Of a stretch of 49,375 nucleotides of DNA, positions 6,991 through 17,221 are shown piece by piece (position 1 is the stretch's first letter; the number at the start of each line of letters is the position of its first letter). Position numbers and translations under genes: made by a program. The notes below the pieces were generated by a model. The model was not told where the DNA came from and ran no database searches. It saw only the letters and a list, made by a program, of their open reading frames with translations. Origin of the DNA: Longimicrobium sp. (GTDB taxonomy: Bacteria > Gemmatimonadota > Gemmatimonadetes > Longimicrobiales > Longimicrobiaceae); NCBI GenBank assembly GCA_036388335.1, contig DASVSA010000606.1:1-49375 (forward strand), given 5' to 3'.

Positions 6991-9345
6991 TTAGACCAGC
7001 CGACCGTTCAGCACGTCGTTGAGAAGCACGCCGGCCACGGGCGCCCGCGAGAGGCGGAGCTGCTCGAGGGCCTGCTCCAGCGCGTCGCGGTCCGTCATCC
7101 CCGGGCGCACCACGAGGAGCGTGGCGTCCACGGACTTGCCCAGCACCGCGGCGTCCGTGAGCCCCGAGAGCGAGGGCGCGTCGAAGATCACCACGTCGTA
7201 CAGGCCGCGCATCTCCTGCACCAGCGCACGCATCCGCAGCGAGCCGAGGAGCTCGGCCGGATTGCGGGGCGGCGCGCCGGCCGGGAGGAGGTACAGCGGC
7301 ACGTCGGACTCGTCCATCATCACCTCCAGCACCGCCTCGGAGAGCGGCGCGCGCCCCAGAAGCGTCTCGGCGAAGCCGGGCTCCGGCCGCACGCCGAAGA
7401 GCGCGTTGAGGCGCCCGGCGCGCAGGTCCGCATCCACGAGGAGGGTGCGGGTGCCCTGCTGCGCCAGCGTCACCGCCAGGTTGGCGGCGCTGGTGGACTT
7501 GCCCTCACCGGCGCGCGCGCTGGTGACCACCACCGTGCGGGGAGTCTCCTCCGGCACCGACGAGTGGGTGAGCGAGGTGCGCAGCGCGCGGTACGCCTCG
7601 GAGGCGGGGTGCCGCGGGTCCGAGCGGGCGATCAGGCGGTCCGGGCCGGCGGGGAGCACGGCGCGCGGCATCCCCACGGTGATGCTGCGGCGCGGCGCCG
7701 GGCGGATGCGCGGGATGGAGCCGAGGACGGCCAGCCCGCCCGTGGCCTCCGACGCGTCACGCGAGGAGCGCACCGTGGGGTCCACCATGTCGCGCGTGAT
7801 GGCGCCGGCCACTCCCATCATCAGCCCCAGCACCACCGAGAGCACCAGGTTGAGCAGCGGCTGCGGCGACGAGGGCCGGTGGGCCACCAGGCCGTAGTCC
7901 ACCACCTGCGCCGCGTCCTGCGTGACGGCCTCGGTGATCTCGGCTTCCTTGAGGCGCGCCTGCAGGAGCAGGTACACCTCGTTGAGCAGCTTCACGTCGC
8001 GCGTGAGGCGGACGAACTGCATGTCCAGGCCGGGCATGCTGGCCATCTCCGCGTCCACGCGGGCGATGGCCTGGTCCGCCGAGGCGAGCTGCAGGTCCAG
8101 GCTGCGCAGGTGGTCGTCGGCGATGCGCAGGAGCTGCTGCTCGATGCCCGTGATGCGCGAGGAGAGGAGCTTGACGTCCTCGTCCTCGTCCGTGCGGCGC
8201 CCCAGGAGCACGGCCCGCTCGTTGTCCAGCGCCGTGAGCGTGTTGAGAAGGGTGCCGACCGTGGGGTTCCTCATCAGGGGCGGGAACGACGCCAGCTTGC
8301 GGTACGCCGATGTGCTGGCGCCGCGCGGGGCGCCGCGGATGTCCGCCAGCAGCTGGCGCAGCGACGCCTGCTCCACGCGCATGTCGTCGAAGCGCCCGCG
8401 CATCTCGCCCGAGCGCCGGATCTCCTGCTCCGCCTCCGCCTCGGGCGCCAGCACGCGCGCGCTCTCGCGGAAGGTGCGCAGGCGGTTCTCGGCCTCGGCC
8501 AGGCGCACGCGGTAGCTCTCCACCTGCTCGCGGAGCACGGTGGCGCTGCTGCGCGACTCCCCGGTGCTGGTGGTGCGCTTGTAGGCGATGAACCCGTCCG
8601 CCAGGCCGTTCACCACCGCCGCCGCCACCTCGGGATCCTTGTGCCGGTACCCCACCTCCACCAGCCGCGAGCCGGACTCCTGCCGGTCCACCACCAGCTC
8701 GTCCTGCAGCTCGTCCACCGCCTCGCGGAAGGGGCGGATCTCGAACTTCACCGTCTCCGGCGCGCTCGACTTCAGCTCGGGGCTCAGCGCAAGCGTCACG
8801 CCGCCCACGCTGAACGGCGTGCCGATCTCCACCCGCCCCGGCAGCGCCACCTTCTCCTTGCTCTCCTCCACCCGGGCCGCGTAGCTGCCGTCCGCCTGCC
8901 GGTCCAGCCGGTACACGCCCACCGCGCGGTCGCGCGGGGCGGCCACCACCTTGAGCACCTCGCTGCGCGGGAGGCGCGGCGACAGGAGCTCCACCTGAAG
9001 CCCCACCGCCTCCGCCACGGGGTCGGCCATGCGCCGGCTGCGCATCACCCCCAGCTCCGTGTCCACGTCGTCGGCGCCCAGGCCGGTGAGGGCCCCCAGG
9101 TCCGCGATGTCGCCGAGCTGCTCCAGCATCCCGCCGGCCGAGCTCTTCTCGGCCACGATGCGGAGCGCGGCCTCGGACTCGTACACGGGCGACATCCAGA
9201 ACGTGAGCGCCATGGTGAGCGCCACGGCCCCCGCCGTGATCCCGGCCACCAGGCCGCGCCGCCTGCGGAGCGTGCCCCAGAGGTCACGCAGGCTGGTATC
9301 GGCGGAGGCGCGGGAGCTTCCCGGCGCGTACGTCGGTTCGGTCAT
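6991..9345 (-). CDS. wzc: Polysaccharide co-polymerase / BY-kinase (Wzc/GumC family)
   Basis: N-terminal Wzz-like TM, coiled-coil periplasmic region, second TM, SEAYRALRT, Walker A SARAGEGKS, A' LLVDADLR, B VVIFDAP. No C-terminal Tyr cluster. Confidence 0.9.
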   Translation of the reverse strand: MTEPTYAPGSSRASADTSLRDLWGTLRRRRGLVAGITAGAVALTMALTFWMSPVYESEAALRIVAEKSSAGGMLEQLGDIADLGALTGLGADDVDTELGVMRSRRMADPVAEAVGLQVELLSPRLPRSEVLKVVAAPRDRAVGVYRLDRQADGSYAARVEESKEKVALPGRVEIGTPFSVGGVTLALSPELKSSAPETVKFEIRPFREAVDELQDELVVDRQESGSRLVEVGYRHKDPEVAAAVVNGLADGFIAYKRTTSTGESRSSATVLREQVESYRVRLAEAENRLRTFRESARVLAPEAEAEQEIRRSGEMRGRFDDMRVEQASLRQLLADIRGAPRGASTSAYRKLASFPPLMRNPTVGTLLNTLTALDNERAVLLGRRTDEDEDVKLLSSRITGIEQQLLRIADDHLRSLDLQLASADQAIARVDAEMASMPGLDMQFVRLTRDVKLLNEVYLLLQARLKEAEITEAVTQDAAQVVDYGLVAHRPSSPQPLLNLVLSVVLGLMMGVAGAITRDMVDPTVRSSRDASEATGGLAVLGSIPRIRPAPRRSITVGMPRAVLPAGPDRLIARSDPRHPASEAYRALRTSLTHSSVPEETPRTVVVTSARAGEGKSTSAANLAVTLAQQGTRTLLVDADLRAGRLNALFGVRPEPGFAETLLGRAPLSEAVLEVMMDESDVPLYLLPAGAPPRNPAELLGSLRMRALVQEMRGLYDVVIFDAPSLSGLTDAAVLGKSVDATLLVVRPGMTDRDALEQALEQLRLSRAPVAGVLLNDVLNGRLV

Positions 9346-9390
9346 CGGTTCCCTGCGGTGGGCGAATTGCGCATCTGGTTGGCAATCATA

Positions 9391-9419
9391 AACATAGGTG
9401 AACTCCGTCCCCCCATCAA
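9391..9419 (-). promoter_or_regulatory. Putative internal sigma70 promoter for wzc
   Basis: Minus-strand TTGATG (9419-9414), 17 nt spacer, TATGTT (9396-9391), in a locally AT-rich gap. Confidence 0.45.
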
Positions 9420-11059
9420 CCCCGGGGCCGCGGCAGCGCGGGGCTCACCGACAGCACGAACGACGAGAGGTTGACGTCGACGGCGTCGAAGTCGTCGAAG
9501 GCGCGGGCCGTGTTCTGGAAGAGCCAGTTGAGCCGGCGGCCGAACGAGTACTCGCCCGCCACCTCCCACCCCCGCACGCGCCCCGCCGCCCTGAGCCCCA
9601 CCACTCCCTGCACGTCGTGCCCGCGCGGGTTGCGGGTGTAGATCCGCTCAAGCGCGTCCTCGTTCCAGCGGGTGCGCTCGGCGAACACGCCCAGGCGCCA
9701 GTCGCCGCGCAGGTAGTCGGCCGCCACCCATTGAGCCGACGAGCCGGGCCCGACGGCGGCGCCCAGCACCCGGCCGCGGTTGGTGTACCCCTGCGGGACG
9801 TTGAAGCTGGTGTAGAACGAACGCTGGGACCGATCCCGGACAGCGTCGTTCTGCTCCAGGTTGGTGAGCTCGCCCTGCAGGCGCACGCGCCCCGCCCGCG
9901 CGCCCGTCGCCACCCACTGCACCCCCACCATGTATCCCGCGGTGGCCTCGGGGGCCGTGACCAGCTCGCGCACCGAGCCGAAGCCCTCCTGCCGCGCCCA
10001 CTCGCCGTACATCTCGAAGCCGCTTGCCGGGAACACCCAGCGCCCGAACAGGGAGAAGAGCTGGTCCGACCTCCCCGCCGCCGCCATCATCTCGGGCGGC
10101 GTCGGGGCCTCCGGGTGCCGCACCGGCAGGAGCACGTCCAGGAAGCGCAGCGGCGCGGCCAGGCGGGTGCCCGTGCGGTACACCGCGCGGGTGGCGCCCA
10201 GCGTGAGCCCCGGCTCCCCGCGCGGCGTGAAGGCGAGCGCCAGAGCGGCGATGGTGCGCCCCTCGTCCCTGCTGTCGAAGTAGGACGACTGGGAGAGCGC
10301 TCCCGCCACCCAGCGGCCCTGCAGCGTGCCGTACCGGGTGCGGAGCCCCTCCGGCGAGGTGCGCACGAACAGGTGCGGGAAGCCCGGCGCGTTGTTGCTC
10401 ATCAGCAGCGCGTTCCTCATCCCCGGCCCCCACCACAGGCTCTCGGTCGCCACCCCGGCCGCGAACTGCCCCACGTCCGCCGTCAGCGAGCTCTGGCCGG
10501 GCGACAGGCTCGTGACCGGGTCGTTGCCGAAGCGCAGCGGCGTGTCGAGCGACGAGGCGCGGCCGTGGAACGGATGCGCGAACGAGCTGCGCCCCTCGCT
10601 GGCGGGAGAGGGGATGCGCTGGAAGTCGCGGTTCTGCGTGTACGCCAGCTCCGGCGCCGCGATCAGCGTGAGCCGGCCCATGCGCGCGCGGATGCCGCCC
10701 ACCACGTGGAACCCCGCGCCGCGCCCGCTCCACGCCATCCCCTGGTTGGCGCTCACGGGGAGGTACGAGTTGTAGACGGTGCGCAGGTGGGGGCGCAGGA
10801 TGTAGACGCGCCCCTCGACGAGGGCCGGGGCCGCGTACGACGACACGGAGCGGACCAGATGCCCCTGCGACGGCGCCTCTCCCAGGAGCTGCGCCGTGCG
10901 CAGCCGGTCTTCCGCCGGGCTGCCGATGGGCACCCACTCCGACGCGGCCGAGTCGAGCGCGGCGGCGGCCCGGGGAGCGGCGGCGGTGTCGGGAGCCTGG
11001 GCGGCGAGCGAGACGGGGCCGGAGACCAGCGCCAGGGCGAGAGCGAGCTTCTTCTTCAT
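9416..11059 (-). CDS. Capsule assembly Wzi family outer-membrane beta-barrel protein
   Basis: Signal peptide MKKKLALALAL...LAAQ; SLWWGPGMRNALLMSNNAPGFPH signature; DQLFSLFGRW and EMYGEWA. Start placed at ATG 11059 (or 11065). Confidence 0.8.
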   Translation of the reverse strand: MKKKLALALALVSGPVSLAAQAPDTAAAPRAAAALDSAASEWVPIGSPAEDRLRTAQLLGEAPSQGHLVRSVSSYAAPALVEGRVYILRPHLRTVYNSYLPVSANQGMAWSGRGAGFHVVGGIRARMGRLTLIAAPELAYTQNRDFQRIPSPASEGRSSFAHPFHGRASSLDTPLRFGNDPVTSLSPGQSSLTADVGQFAAGVATESLWWGPGMRNALLMSNNAPGFPHLFVRTSPEGLRTRYGTLQGRWVAGALSQSSYFDSRDEGRTIAALALAFTPRGEPGLTLGATRAVYRTGTRLAAPLRFLDVLLPVRHPEAPTPPEMMAAAGRSDQLFSLFGRWVFPASGFEMYGEWARQEGFGSVRELVTAPEATAGYMVGVQWVATGARAGRVRLQGELTNLEQNDAVRDRSQRSFYTSFNVPQGYTNRGRVLGAAVGPGSSAQWVAADYLRGDWRLGVFAERTRWNEDALERIYTRNPRGHDVQGVVGLRAAGRVRGWEVAGEYSFGRRLNWLFQNTARAFDDFDAVDVNLSSFVLSVSPALPRPRG

Positions 11060-11086
11060 CACCATCCGTTGATTGAAAAAACGGGG

Positions 11087-11149
11087 CTCACACAGAGACA
11101 CAGAGACACGGAGGAGCGCTCTCTCTGTGTCTCCGTGCCTCTGTGTGAG
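11087..11149. repeat. CAC(A/G)GAG octamer palindromic repeat, complete two-arm copy
   Basis: CTCACACAGAGACACAGAGACACGGAG, loop, then CTCTCTGTGTCTCCGTGCCTCTGTGTGAG. Confidence 0.85.
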
Positions 11150-11268
11150 ACTGCCGTTCCCCGTCGCCCACTGGAAATGTTCGGCGATGGAGGATAACAT
11201 TCCGTCCCCCCGCGGTCCACAGCCCGCGGGTGTCCGTGCGGGTTCATACTGGAAGGACGGCAGCATTG

Positions 11269-12879
11269 ATGGCACGTCACAACGCTTTCCTCGGCGCCGT
11301 CGGGGCCACCCTCGCGCTCGCGGCGCCCGCCGCCGCGCAGGCGCCCATCGACGTCCGGGGCGAGGTCTTCGTGGGCTCCGAGGCGGAGGCCTACCTGCGC
11401 GTGCTGCAGGTGGGCGGCCGCGGCGGCGATTACCCGTGGTCCATCCGCGGCTTCTCGCCGCGCGAGGTGTCGCGGCTGGCGCCCGCCGATTCGGCGCACG
11501 CCTGGGCGCGGCGCTACCGCTTCACCCGCGACAGCGCGGGCGGAGGCGGGCTGCGCCTGGTGCGCCCGCAGGCGCAGGCCATCGCCAACTCCACCATGCC
11601 GTACGGCGCCAACGACGGCCCCATCTGGGCCGGCCGGGGGCTTACCGTGGCGGCCGAGGCCGGGGTGTCGCTGGAGCGGGGGCCGTTCTCGCTCACCATC
11701 GCCCCCATGGTGTTCCTGGCGCAGAACGCCGGTTTCGAGCTGGAGGACAACGGCGCGGGCGGGCAGCTCCAGTTCGCGGACGTCGAGGGGCCCCTGCTGA
11801 TCGACCTGCCGCAGCGCTTCGGCGACGGGCCGTACGGCCGGGTGGACCCGGGGCAGAGCACGCTGCGGGTGGACGCGGGGATCTTTGCCGCCGGGGCCTC
11901 CACCGCCAACCAGCACTGGGGCCCGGCGGCCGACCTGCCGCTGATCCTGGGCAACAACGCGGGCGGGTTCCCCCACGTGTTCGCCGGCTCCGCGCGCCCC
12001 GTGAACGTGGGGGTCGGGCGCATCCACGGGCGCCTGGTGTGGGGACGGCTGGACCAGTCGCGCTACACCGTCAACGTGGAGCCGCGGCGCTTCATGTCGG
12101 GCGCGGTGGCCGTGTTCACGCCGCGCGGCCTCCCCACGCTGGAGCTGGGGGCCACGCGCTTCTTCAACACGGTGTGGCCCGCGGACGGGCTGGACGCCTC
12201 CAACTTCACCAAGCCGCTGGAAGGCTTCCTCAAGAACAGCCTGGGCGGGGGCGAGGTGGACGGCGGCGACTTCGACAACCAGCTCGCCTCCGTCTTCTTC
12301 CGCTGGTACCATCCGCGCGCCGGGGTGGAGGTGTACGGCGAGTACGCGCGCGAAGACCACAACGCCGACGTGCGCGACCTGCTGCTGGAGCCCGACCACG
12401 ACTCCGGGTACACGCTGGGCGCCCGGCGCGTGTGGGCGCGGGCGGACGGCTCGCTGGTGTCGCTGCGCGGCGAGCTGATGAACGCGCGCGTCACCCACCT
12501 GGTGCTGGTGCGCCCGCAGGTGCCGTTCTACAACCACTTCGCCGCGCGCCAGGGACACACGCAGCGCGGGCAGCTCCTGGGGGCCAGCAGCGGCTACGCG
12601 GGGGGAGGGTCGGTGGTGGCGCTGGACCGCTACACGCGGCGCGGGCGCACCTCGCTCACCTTCACGCGCACGCTGCGCGACTATGGGTCGCCGTACTCGC
12701 CCGGCCCGGGCACCGGGCCGCGGACGGAGGTGACGCAGGCGGTGGGCGTGGAGGCGCTCCGCTTCATGGGGCGCTTCGACGTCACCGCCGGCGTCACGGG
12801 CGCGTACCAATTGGACCGCCGGGCGGGCGGCGACCGGTTCAACCTGAACACCGTGCTGCGGGTGCGCCTTGGCCTGTGA
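11269..12879 (+). CDS. Capsule assembly Wzi family outer-membrane beta-barrel protein (second paralogue)
   Basis: Signal peptide ...APAAAQA; QHWGPAADLPLILGNNAGGFPH; DNQLASVFFRW; EVYGEYARED; C-terminal alternating beta-strand. Confidence 0.8.
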   Translation: MARHNAFLGAVGATLALAAPAAAQAPIDVRGEVFVGSEAEAYLRVLQVGGRGGDYPWSIRGFSPREVSRLAPADSAHAWARRYRFTRDSAGGGGLRLVRPQAQAIANSTMPYGANDGPIWAGRGLTVAAEAGVSLERGPFSLTIAPMVFLAQNAGFELEDNGAGGQLQFADVEGPLLIDLPQRFGDGPYGRVDPGQSTLRVDAGIFAAGASTANQHWGPAADLPLILGNNAGGFPHVFAGSARPVNVGVGRIHGRLVWGRLDQSRYTVNVEPRRFMSGAVAVFTPRGLPTLELGATRFFNTVWPADGLDASNFTKPLEGFLKNSLGGGEVDGGDFDNQLASVFFRWYHPRAGVEVYGEYAREDHNADVRDLLLEPDHDSGYTLGARRVWARADGSLVSLRGELMNARVTHLVLVRPQVPFYNHFAARQGHTQRGQLLGASSGYAGGGSVVALDRYTRRGRTSLTFTRTLRDYGSPYSPGPGTGPRTEVTQAVGVEALRFMGRFDVTAGVTGAYQLDRRAGGDRFNLNTVLRVRLGL

Positions 12880-12906
12880 AGCCGCTCTCCCGATAGAGGA
12901 ACCGAC

Positions 12907-13563
12907 GTGCTGACCTGCCTTCGAATGCTGGCGCTGGCGGCGGCGCTGGCGCTGGGCCATGCCCCGGCGCGCGCCCAGACGTCCCCGGAGCCCCCGGCGG
13001 GCCCCGCATCCGCCGACTCGCTGTACGCCCTGCGGCCGGGAGACCTGCTGCAGATCCGCATCTGGCGGGAGCCGGACCTGAGCGGCGAGTTCCAGGTGGA
13101 CCCCAACGGCGTGGTGACGCTTCCCAAGCTGGGGGAGCGCCGCGTGGCGGGGGTGCCGCTGGGCGAGCTGAGGGACCGGCTGCTGGCCGACTACCGCGTG
13201 AGCCTGCGCAACCCCTCCATCACCCTCACGCCGCTGCGGCGGGTGCAGGTGCTCGGCCACGTCAACCGGCCCGGCATCTTCAACGTGGACCCCACGCTCA
13301 CGCTCACCGGGCTGCTGGCGCTGGCGGGCGGCGCCAACGCGGCGGGCGACGTGCGGCGCATCAACCTGGTGCGCGACGGGCAGATCGTGCGCGAGCGGGT
13401 GACGGAGGGCGCCACGCTCACCACGCTGGACGTGCGCTCCGGCGACCAGCTCTTCGTGGGCGAGCGCTCGTGGCTCAACCGGAACAGCGCCTTCCTGGTG
13501 GGCGCGCTGATCTCCACCGCCACCACCATCCTCGTGACGGTCATCTCCCGGTGGGGCACTTGA
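12907..13563 (+). CDS. Short polysaccharide export (OPX/Wza-like) protein, Poly_export plus one SLBB domain
   Basis: [20 protein letters not shown]...[26 protein letters not shown], and a hydrophobic C-terminal helix. Confidence 0.85.
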   Translation: MLTCLRMLALAAALALGHAPARAQTSPEPPAGPASADSLYALRPGDLLQIRIWREPDLSGEFQVDPNGVVTLPKLGERRVAGVPLGELRDRLLADYRVSLRNPSITLTPLRRVQVLGHVNRPGIFNVDPTLTLTGLLALAGGANAAGDVRRINLVRDGQIVRERVTEGATLTTLDVRSGDQLFVGERSWLNRNSAFLVGALISTATTILVTVISRWGT

Positions 13564-13603
13564 GCGGGGCGGCACGGACGCGGCGGACCGGCCTCTCCGT
13601 TCG

Positions 13604-14668
13604 ATGAACCGCACCGTTCTCGTGACCGGCGGCGCCGGCTTCATCGGCTCGGCGCTGGTGCGGCACCTGCTGGCGCGCACGGAGCACCGCGTGGTGAACG
13701 TGGACAGCCTCACCTACGCCGGCAACCTCCACTCGCTGGCGCCCGTGCTCCCGCACCCGCGCCACGCCTTCGAGCGGGTGGACATCCGTGACGCGGACGA
13801 GGTGGCGCGCGTCTTCGCCCAGCACCGGCCGGACGCGGTGATGCACCTGGCGGCCGAGTCGCACGTGGACCGCTCCATCGAGGGGGCGGCGCCCTTCATC
13901 TCCACCAACGTGGTGGGGACGTACGTGCTGCTGGACGCGGCGCGCCGGCACCGCGAAGCGCTGGCGGGCGACGAGCGCGAGCGCTTCCGCTTCCTCCACG
14001 TGTCCACCGACGAGGTGTTCGGCTCGCTGGGCGCGGAGGGGAAGTTCACCGAGAGCACGCCGTACCAGCCCAACTCGCCCTACTCGGCCAGCAAGGCGTC
14101 GTCGGACCACCTGGCGCGGGCGTGGCACCACACGTACGGCCTTCCCGTGCTGGTGACCAACTGCTCCAACAACTACGGGCCCTACCAGTTTCCCGAGAAG
14201 CTGATCCCCGTGGTGATCCTCAGCGCGCTGGCGGGGCGGCCCATCCCGGTGTACGGCACGGGCGGCAACGTGCGCGACTGGCTGTTCGTGGACGACCACG
14301 TGAGGGCGCTGGTGGACGTGCTGGAGCGCGGGCGGCCGGGGGAGACGTACAACGTGGGCGGCGACAGCGAGCGCAGCAACCTGGAAGTGGTGAAGACCAT
14401 CTGCGGCATCCTGGACGAGGTCGCGCCCGGCGCGGCGAGCTACGAGTCGCTCATCACCTTCGTGAAAGACCGGCCCGGGCACGACTGGCGCTACGCCGTG
14501 GACACCTCCAAGATCCGCGCGGAGCTGGGCTGGCGGCCCGCCGAGACCTTTGAGAGCGGGCTGCGGCGCACGGTGGCGTGGTTCCTGGAGAACGGCGAGT
14601 GGTGCCGGCGCGTGATGGACGGCTCGTACCAGCTGGAGCGGCTGGGGCTGGTGGGGGAAGGAGTATGA
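13604..14668 (+). CDS. rfbB: dTDP-glucose 4,6-dehydratase
   Basis: [58 protein letters not shown]. Confidence 0.97.
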   Translation: MNRTVLVTGGAGFIGSALVRHLLARTEHRVVNVDSLTYAGNLHSLAPVLPHPRHAFERVDIRDADEVARVFAQHRPDAVMHLAAESHVDRSIEGAAPFISTNVVGTYVLLDAARRHREALAGDERERFRFLHVSTDEVFGSLGAEGKFTESTPYQPNSPYSASKASSDHLARAWHHTYGLPVLVTNCSNNYGPYQFPEKLIPVVILSALAGRPIPVYGTGGNVRDWLFVDDHVRALVDVLERGRPGETYNVGGDSERSNLEVVKTICGILDEVAPGAASYESLITFVKDRPGHDWRYAVDTSKIRAELGWRPAETFESGLRRTVAWFLENGEWCRRVMDGSYQLERLGLVGEGV

Positions 14669-14674
14669 ACGTTC

Positions 14675-14703
14675 CTCTCCGTGGCTCCGTGCCTCTGTGT
14701 GAG
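14675..14703. repeat. CTC(T/C)GTG-octamer intergenic repeat, single arm
   Basis: CTCTCCGTGGCTCCGTGCCTCTGTGTGAG, followed by ACCGCCGTTC, similar to the flank of the 11087 copy. Confidence 0.8.
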
Positions 14704-14741
14704 ACCGCCGTTCGTTTTCCGCACCCGAAGCCTGGGCTGGC

Positions 14742-15620
14742 ATGAAGGGGATCATCCTGGCCGGCGGCTCCGGCACGCGGCTGTACCCGATCACGCGGGT
14801 GGTGAGCAAGCAGCTCCTCCCCGTGTTCGACAAGCCGATGATCTACTACCCGCTCTCTACGCTGATGCTGGCGGGGATCCGGGAGATCCTGGTGATCTCC
14901 ACCCCCGGCGACCTGCCGCGCTTCCGCGAGCTGCTGGGCGACGGCGAGCAGTGGGGGGTGAGGTTCGAGTACGCCGAGCAGCCGGCCCCCGAGGGGCTGG
15001 CGCAGGCCTTCACCATCGGCCGCGAGTTCGTGGGCGGCGACCCGGTGGCGCTGATCCTGGGCGACAACATCTTCTACGGCCACGGGCTCACCGAGATGCT
15101 GCAGCGGGCGGTGGCGCGCCCCGCGGGGGCCACCGTGTTCGGCTACCACGTGCGCGACCCGGAGCGCTACGGCGTGGCCGAGGTGGACGCCGCGGGGCGG
15201 GTGCTCTCCATCGAGGAGAAGCCCCACGAGCCGAAGTCGCCGTACGCCGTCACGGGGCTGTACTTCTTCGACAACCAGGTGGTGGAGATCGCCGCCGCGC
15301 TCCGCCCCTCGGCGCGCGGCGAGTACGAGATCACCGACGTGAACCTGGAGTACCTGCGCCGCGGGCAGCTGCGCATGGAGCTGCTGGGGCGGGGGATGGC
15401 GTGGCTGGACACGGGCACCCACGAGTCGCTGCAGCAGGCCAGCAACTTCATCGAGACCATCGAGAAGCGGCAGGGGCTCAAGGTCGCGGCGCCGGAGGAG
15501 ATCGCCTTCCGCGCCGGGTTCATCGACGACCGGCAGCTCCGCCGGCTTGCCGAGCCGCTGCTGAAGAGCGGCTACGGAGAGTACCTCCTGGAGATCCTGG
15601 ACGGGCGGCCCCACGGATGA
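14742..15620 (+). CDS. rfbA: Glucose-1-phosphate thymidylyltransferase
   Basis: [57 protein letters not shown]. Confidence 0.97.
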   Translation: MKGIILAGGSGTRLYPITRVVSKQLLPVFDKPMIYYPLSTLMLAGIREILVISTPGDLPRFRELLGDGEQWGVRFEYAEQPAPEGLAQAFTIGREFVGGDPVALILGDNIFYGHGLTEMLQRAVARPAGATVFGYHVRDPERYGVAEVDAAGRVLSIEEKPHEPKSPYAVTGLYFFDNQVVEIAAALRPSARGEYEITDVNLEYLRRGQLRMELLGRGMAWLDTGTHESLQQASNFIETIEKRQGLKVAAPEEIAFRAGFIDDRQLRRLAEPLLKSGYGEYLLEILDGRPHG

Positions 15621-16174
15621 ATGTGCAAGAAACCGGGCTTCCGGGCGTTCTGCTCGTGCAGCCCCCCGTTTTCCGCGACGCGCGCGGCTTCTTCCGCGAG
15701 ACGTGGCGGGCCGACCAGTACGCCGGGATCGGCATCACGGGGCCTTTCGTGCAGGACAACGTCTCGCTTTCCGCGCGCGGCGTGCTGCGCGGGCTCCACT
15801 TCCAGGAGCCGGGCGCGCAGGGGAAGCTGGTGTGCGTGCTGCGCGGCGAGGTGTGGGACGTGGCGGTGGACGTGCGCGCGGGCTCTCCCACCTTCGGCCG
15901 CTGGACGGGGTACCCCCTGTCGGCCGAGAACGGGTGGCAGCTCTGGATCCCGGAAGGGTTCGCCCACGGCTTCGTGGTCACCAGCGACGAGGCGCTCTTC
16001 GCCTACAAGTGCACCGCCCCCTACCGCCCCGAGGCGGAGGGCACGGTGCTCTGGAACGATCCCGACCTGGGGATCGAATGGCCCGCCGTGGAGCCCGTGG
16101 TCTCGTACAAGGACGAGCGCGGGGTGCGCCTGCGCGACATCCCGCGGGAGCGCCTGCCGCGCTGGAATCCGTGA
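15617..16174 (+). CDS. rfbC: dTDP-4-dehydrorhamnose 3,5-epimerase
   Basis: [52 protein letters not shown] overlap with rfbA. Confidence 0.95.
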   Translation: MNVQETGLPGVLLVQPPVFRDARGFFRETWRADQYAGIGITGPFVQDNVSLSARGVLRGLHFQEPGAQGKLVCVLRGEVWDVAVDVRAGSPTFGRWTGYPLSAENGWQLWIPEGFAHGFVVTSDEALFAYKCTAPYRPEAEGTVLWNDPDLGIEWPAVEPVVSYKDERGVRLRDIPRERLPRWNP

Positions 16175-17058
16175 GCCGGCCGCGCATCCTGCTCACCGGG
16201 GGCACGGGGCAGGTGGGGTGGGAGCTGGCCCGCGCGCTGGCCCCCATGGGCGAGGTGCTGGCCCCCGGGCGCGCCGCGCTGGACCTGGCCGACCCCGCGG
16301 CCATCCGCCGCGCCTTCCGTGACGCGGCTCCCGCGCTCGTCGTCAACGCCGGTGCCCACACGGCGGTGGACCGGGCCGAGAGCGAGCCGGAGCTGGCCCA
16401 CGCGCTCAACGCCACCGCCCCCGGCGTGCTGGCGGGGGAGGCCGCCCGGACGGGGGTGCCAATGGTGCACTTCTCCACGGACTACGTGTTCGACGGGAGC
16501 AAGGGCGCGCCGTACGGGGAAGACGACCCCACGCGTCCGCTGGGCGTGTACGGCGCCACCAAGCGCCAGGGCGAGGAAGCGGTGGGCGCGGCGGGCGGGA
16601 TGCACCTGGTGCTGCGCACCAGCTGGGTGTACGGCACGCGGGGGCACAACTTCATGCTCACCATCCTGCGCATGGCGCGGGAGCGCGACGAGCTGCGCGT
16701 GGTGAGCGACCAGGTGGGCGCCCCCACCTGGAGCCGGATGCTGGCCGAGGCCACCGCCGCCATCCTCGCCCCCTTTCGCGCCGGGGCCGGATGGGCGATC
16801 CCGCCGGAGAAGTGCGGCGTGTACCACCTGGCGGCGCGCGGGGAGACGAGCTGGCACGGCTTCGCCGAGGCGATCCTGGCCGCCGACCCCGCCCGCGCGG
16901 AGCAGCGCTGCCGCCGCGTGGTGGCGATCTCCAGCGAGGAGTATCCCACGCCCGCCCCGCGCCCCCGCTACTCCGTGCTGGCCACGGAGCGCGCCGAGAC
17001 GGCGTTCGGCGTGGAGCTCCCCCACTGGCGGGAGCAGCTGGGGCTGTGCCTGGGGTAA
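16171..17058 (+). CDS. rfbD: dTDP-4-dehydrorhamnose reductase
   Basis: ILLTGGTGQVG, TAVDRAESE, STDYVFDG, YGATK, RTSWVY, DQVGAPT, PRP.YS. GTGA overlap with rfbC. Confidence 0.95.
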   Translation: MSRPRILLTGGTGQVGWELARALAPMGEVLAPGRAALDLADPAAIRRAFRDAAPALVVNAGAHTAVDRAESEPELAHALNATAPGVLAGEAARTGVPMVHFSTDYVFDGSKGAPYGEDDPTRPLGVYGATKRQGEEAVGAAGGMHLVLRTSWVYGTRGHNFMLTILRMARERDELRVVSDQVGAPTWSRMLAEATAAILAPFRAGAGWAIPPEKCGVYHLAARGETSWHGFAEAILAADPARAEQRCRRVVAISSEEYPTPAPRPRYSVLATERAETAFGVELPHWREQLGLCLG

Positions 17059-17221
17059 AGGGGCTGTAACGGGGGTGTGACGCCTGGGCCCGTTCGCGGG
17101 TCAGACGTTTGCGGCGTGCGCGGAAGCCTATACTCCGCAGCGCGTGATGGTTACATTCGAGGATTGTTTCAGGGCCCGCACCGGGTGCCTGGCACGTACC
17201 GCTCAACCGCTCGGAAGTTTG

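Noticed and set aside
6967-9474. Long alternative-frame and antisense ORFs (e.g. 6967-9474 +, 11059-13713 -, 34097-36445 -, 43473-46073 -)
   Set aside because: These are shadow ORFs typical of high-GC DNA. They are Arg/Gly/Ala/Pro-rich, have no motifs and overlap well-supported genes.
11087-11149. Octamer repeats considered as a CRISPR array
   Set aside because: There is no repeat-spacer periodicity and no cas gene; the copies are isolated palindromes.
17109-17157. Promoter-like TATACT/TACATT hexamers upstream of the nucleotide-sugar dehydrogenase
   Set aside because: No -35 element at a workable spacing. A promoter is likely here but cannot be placed.
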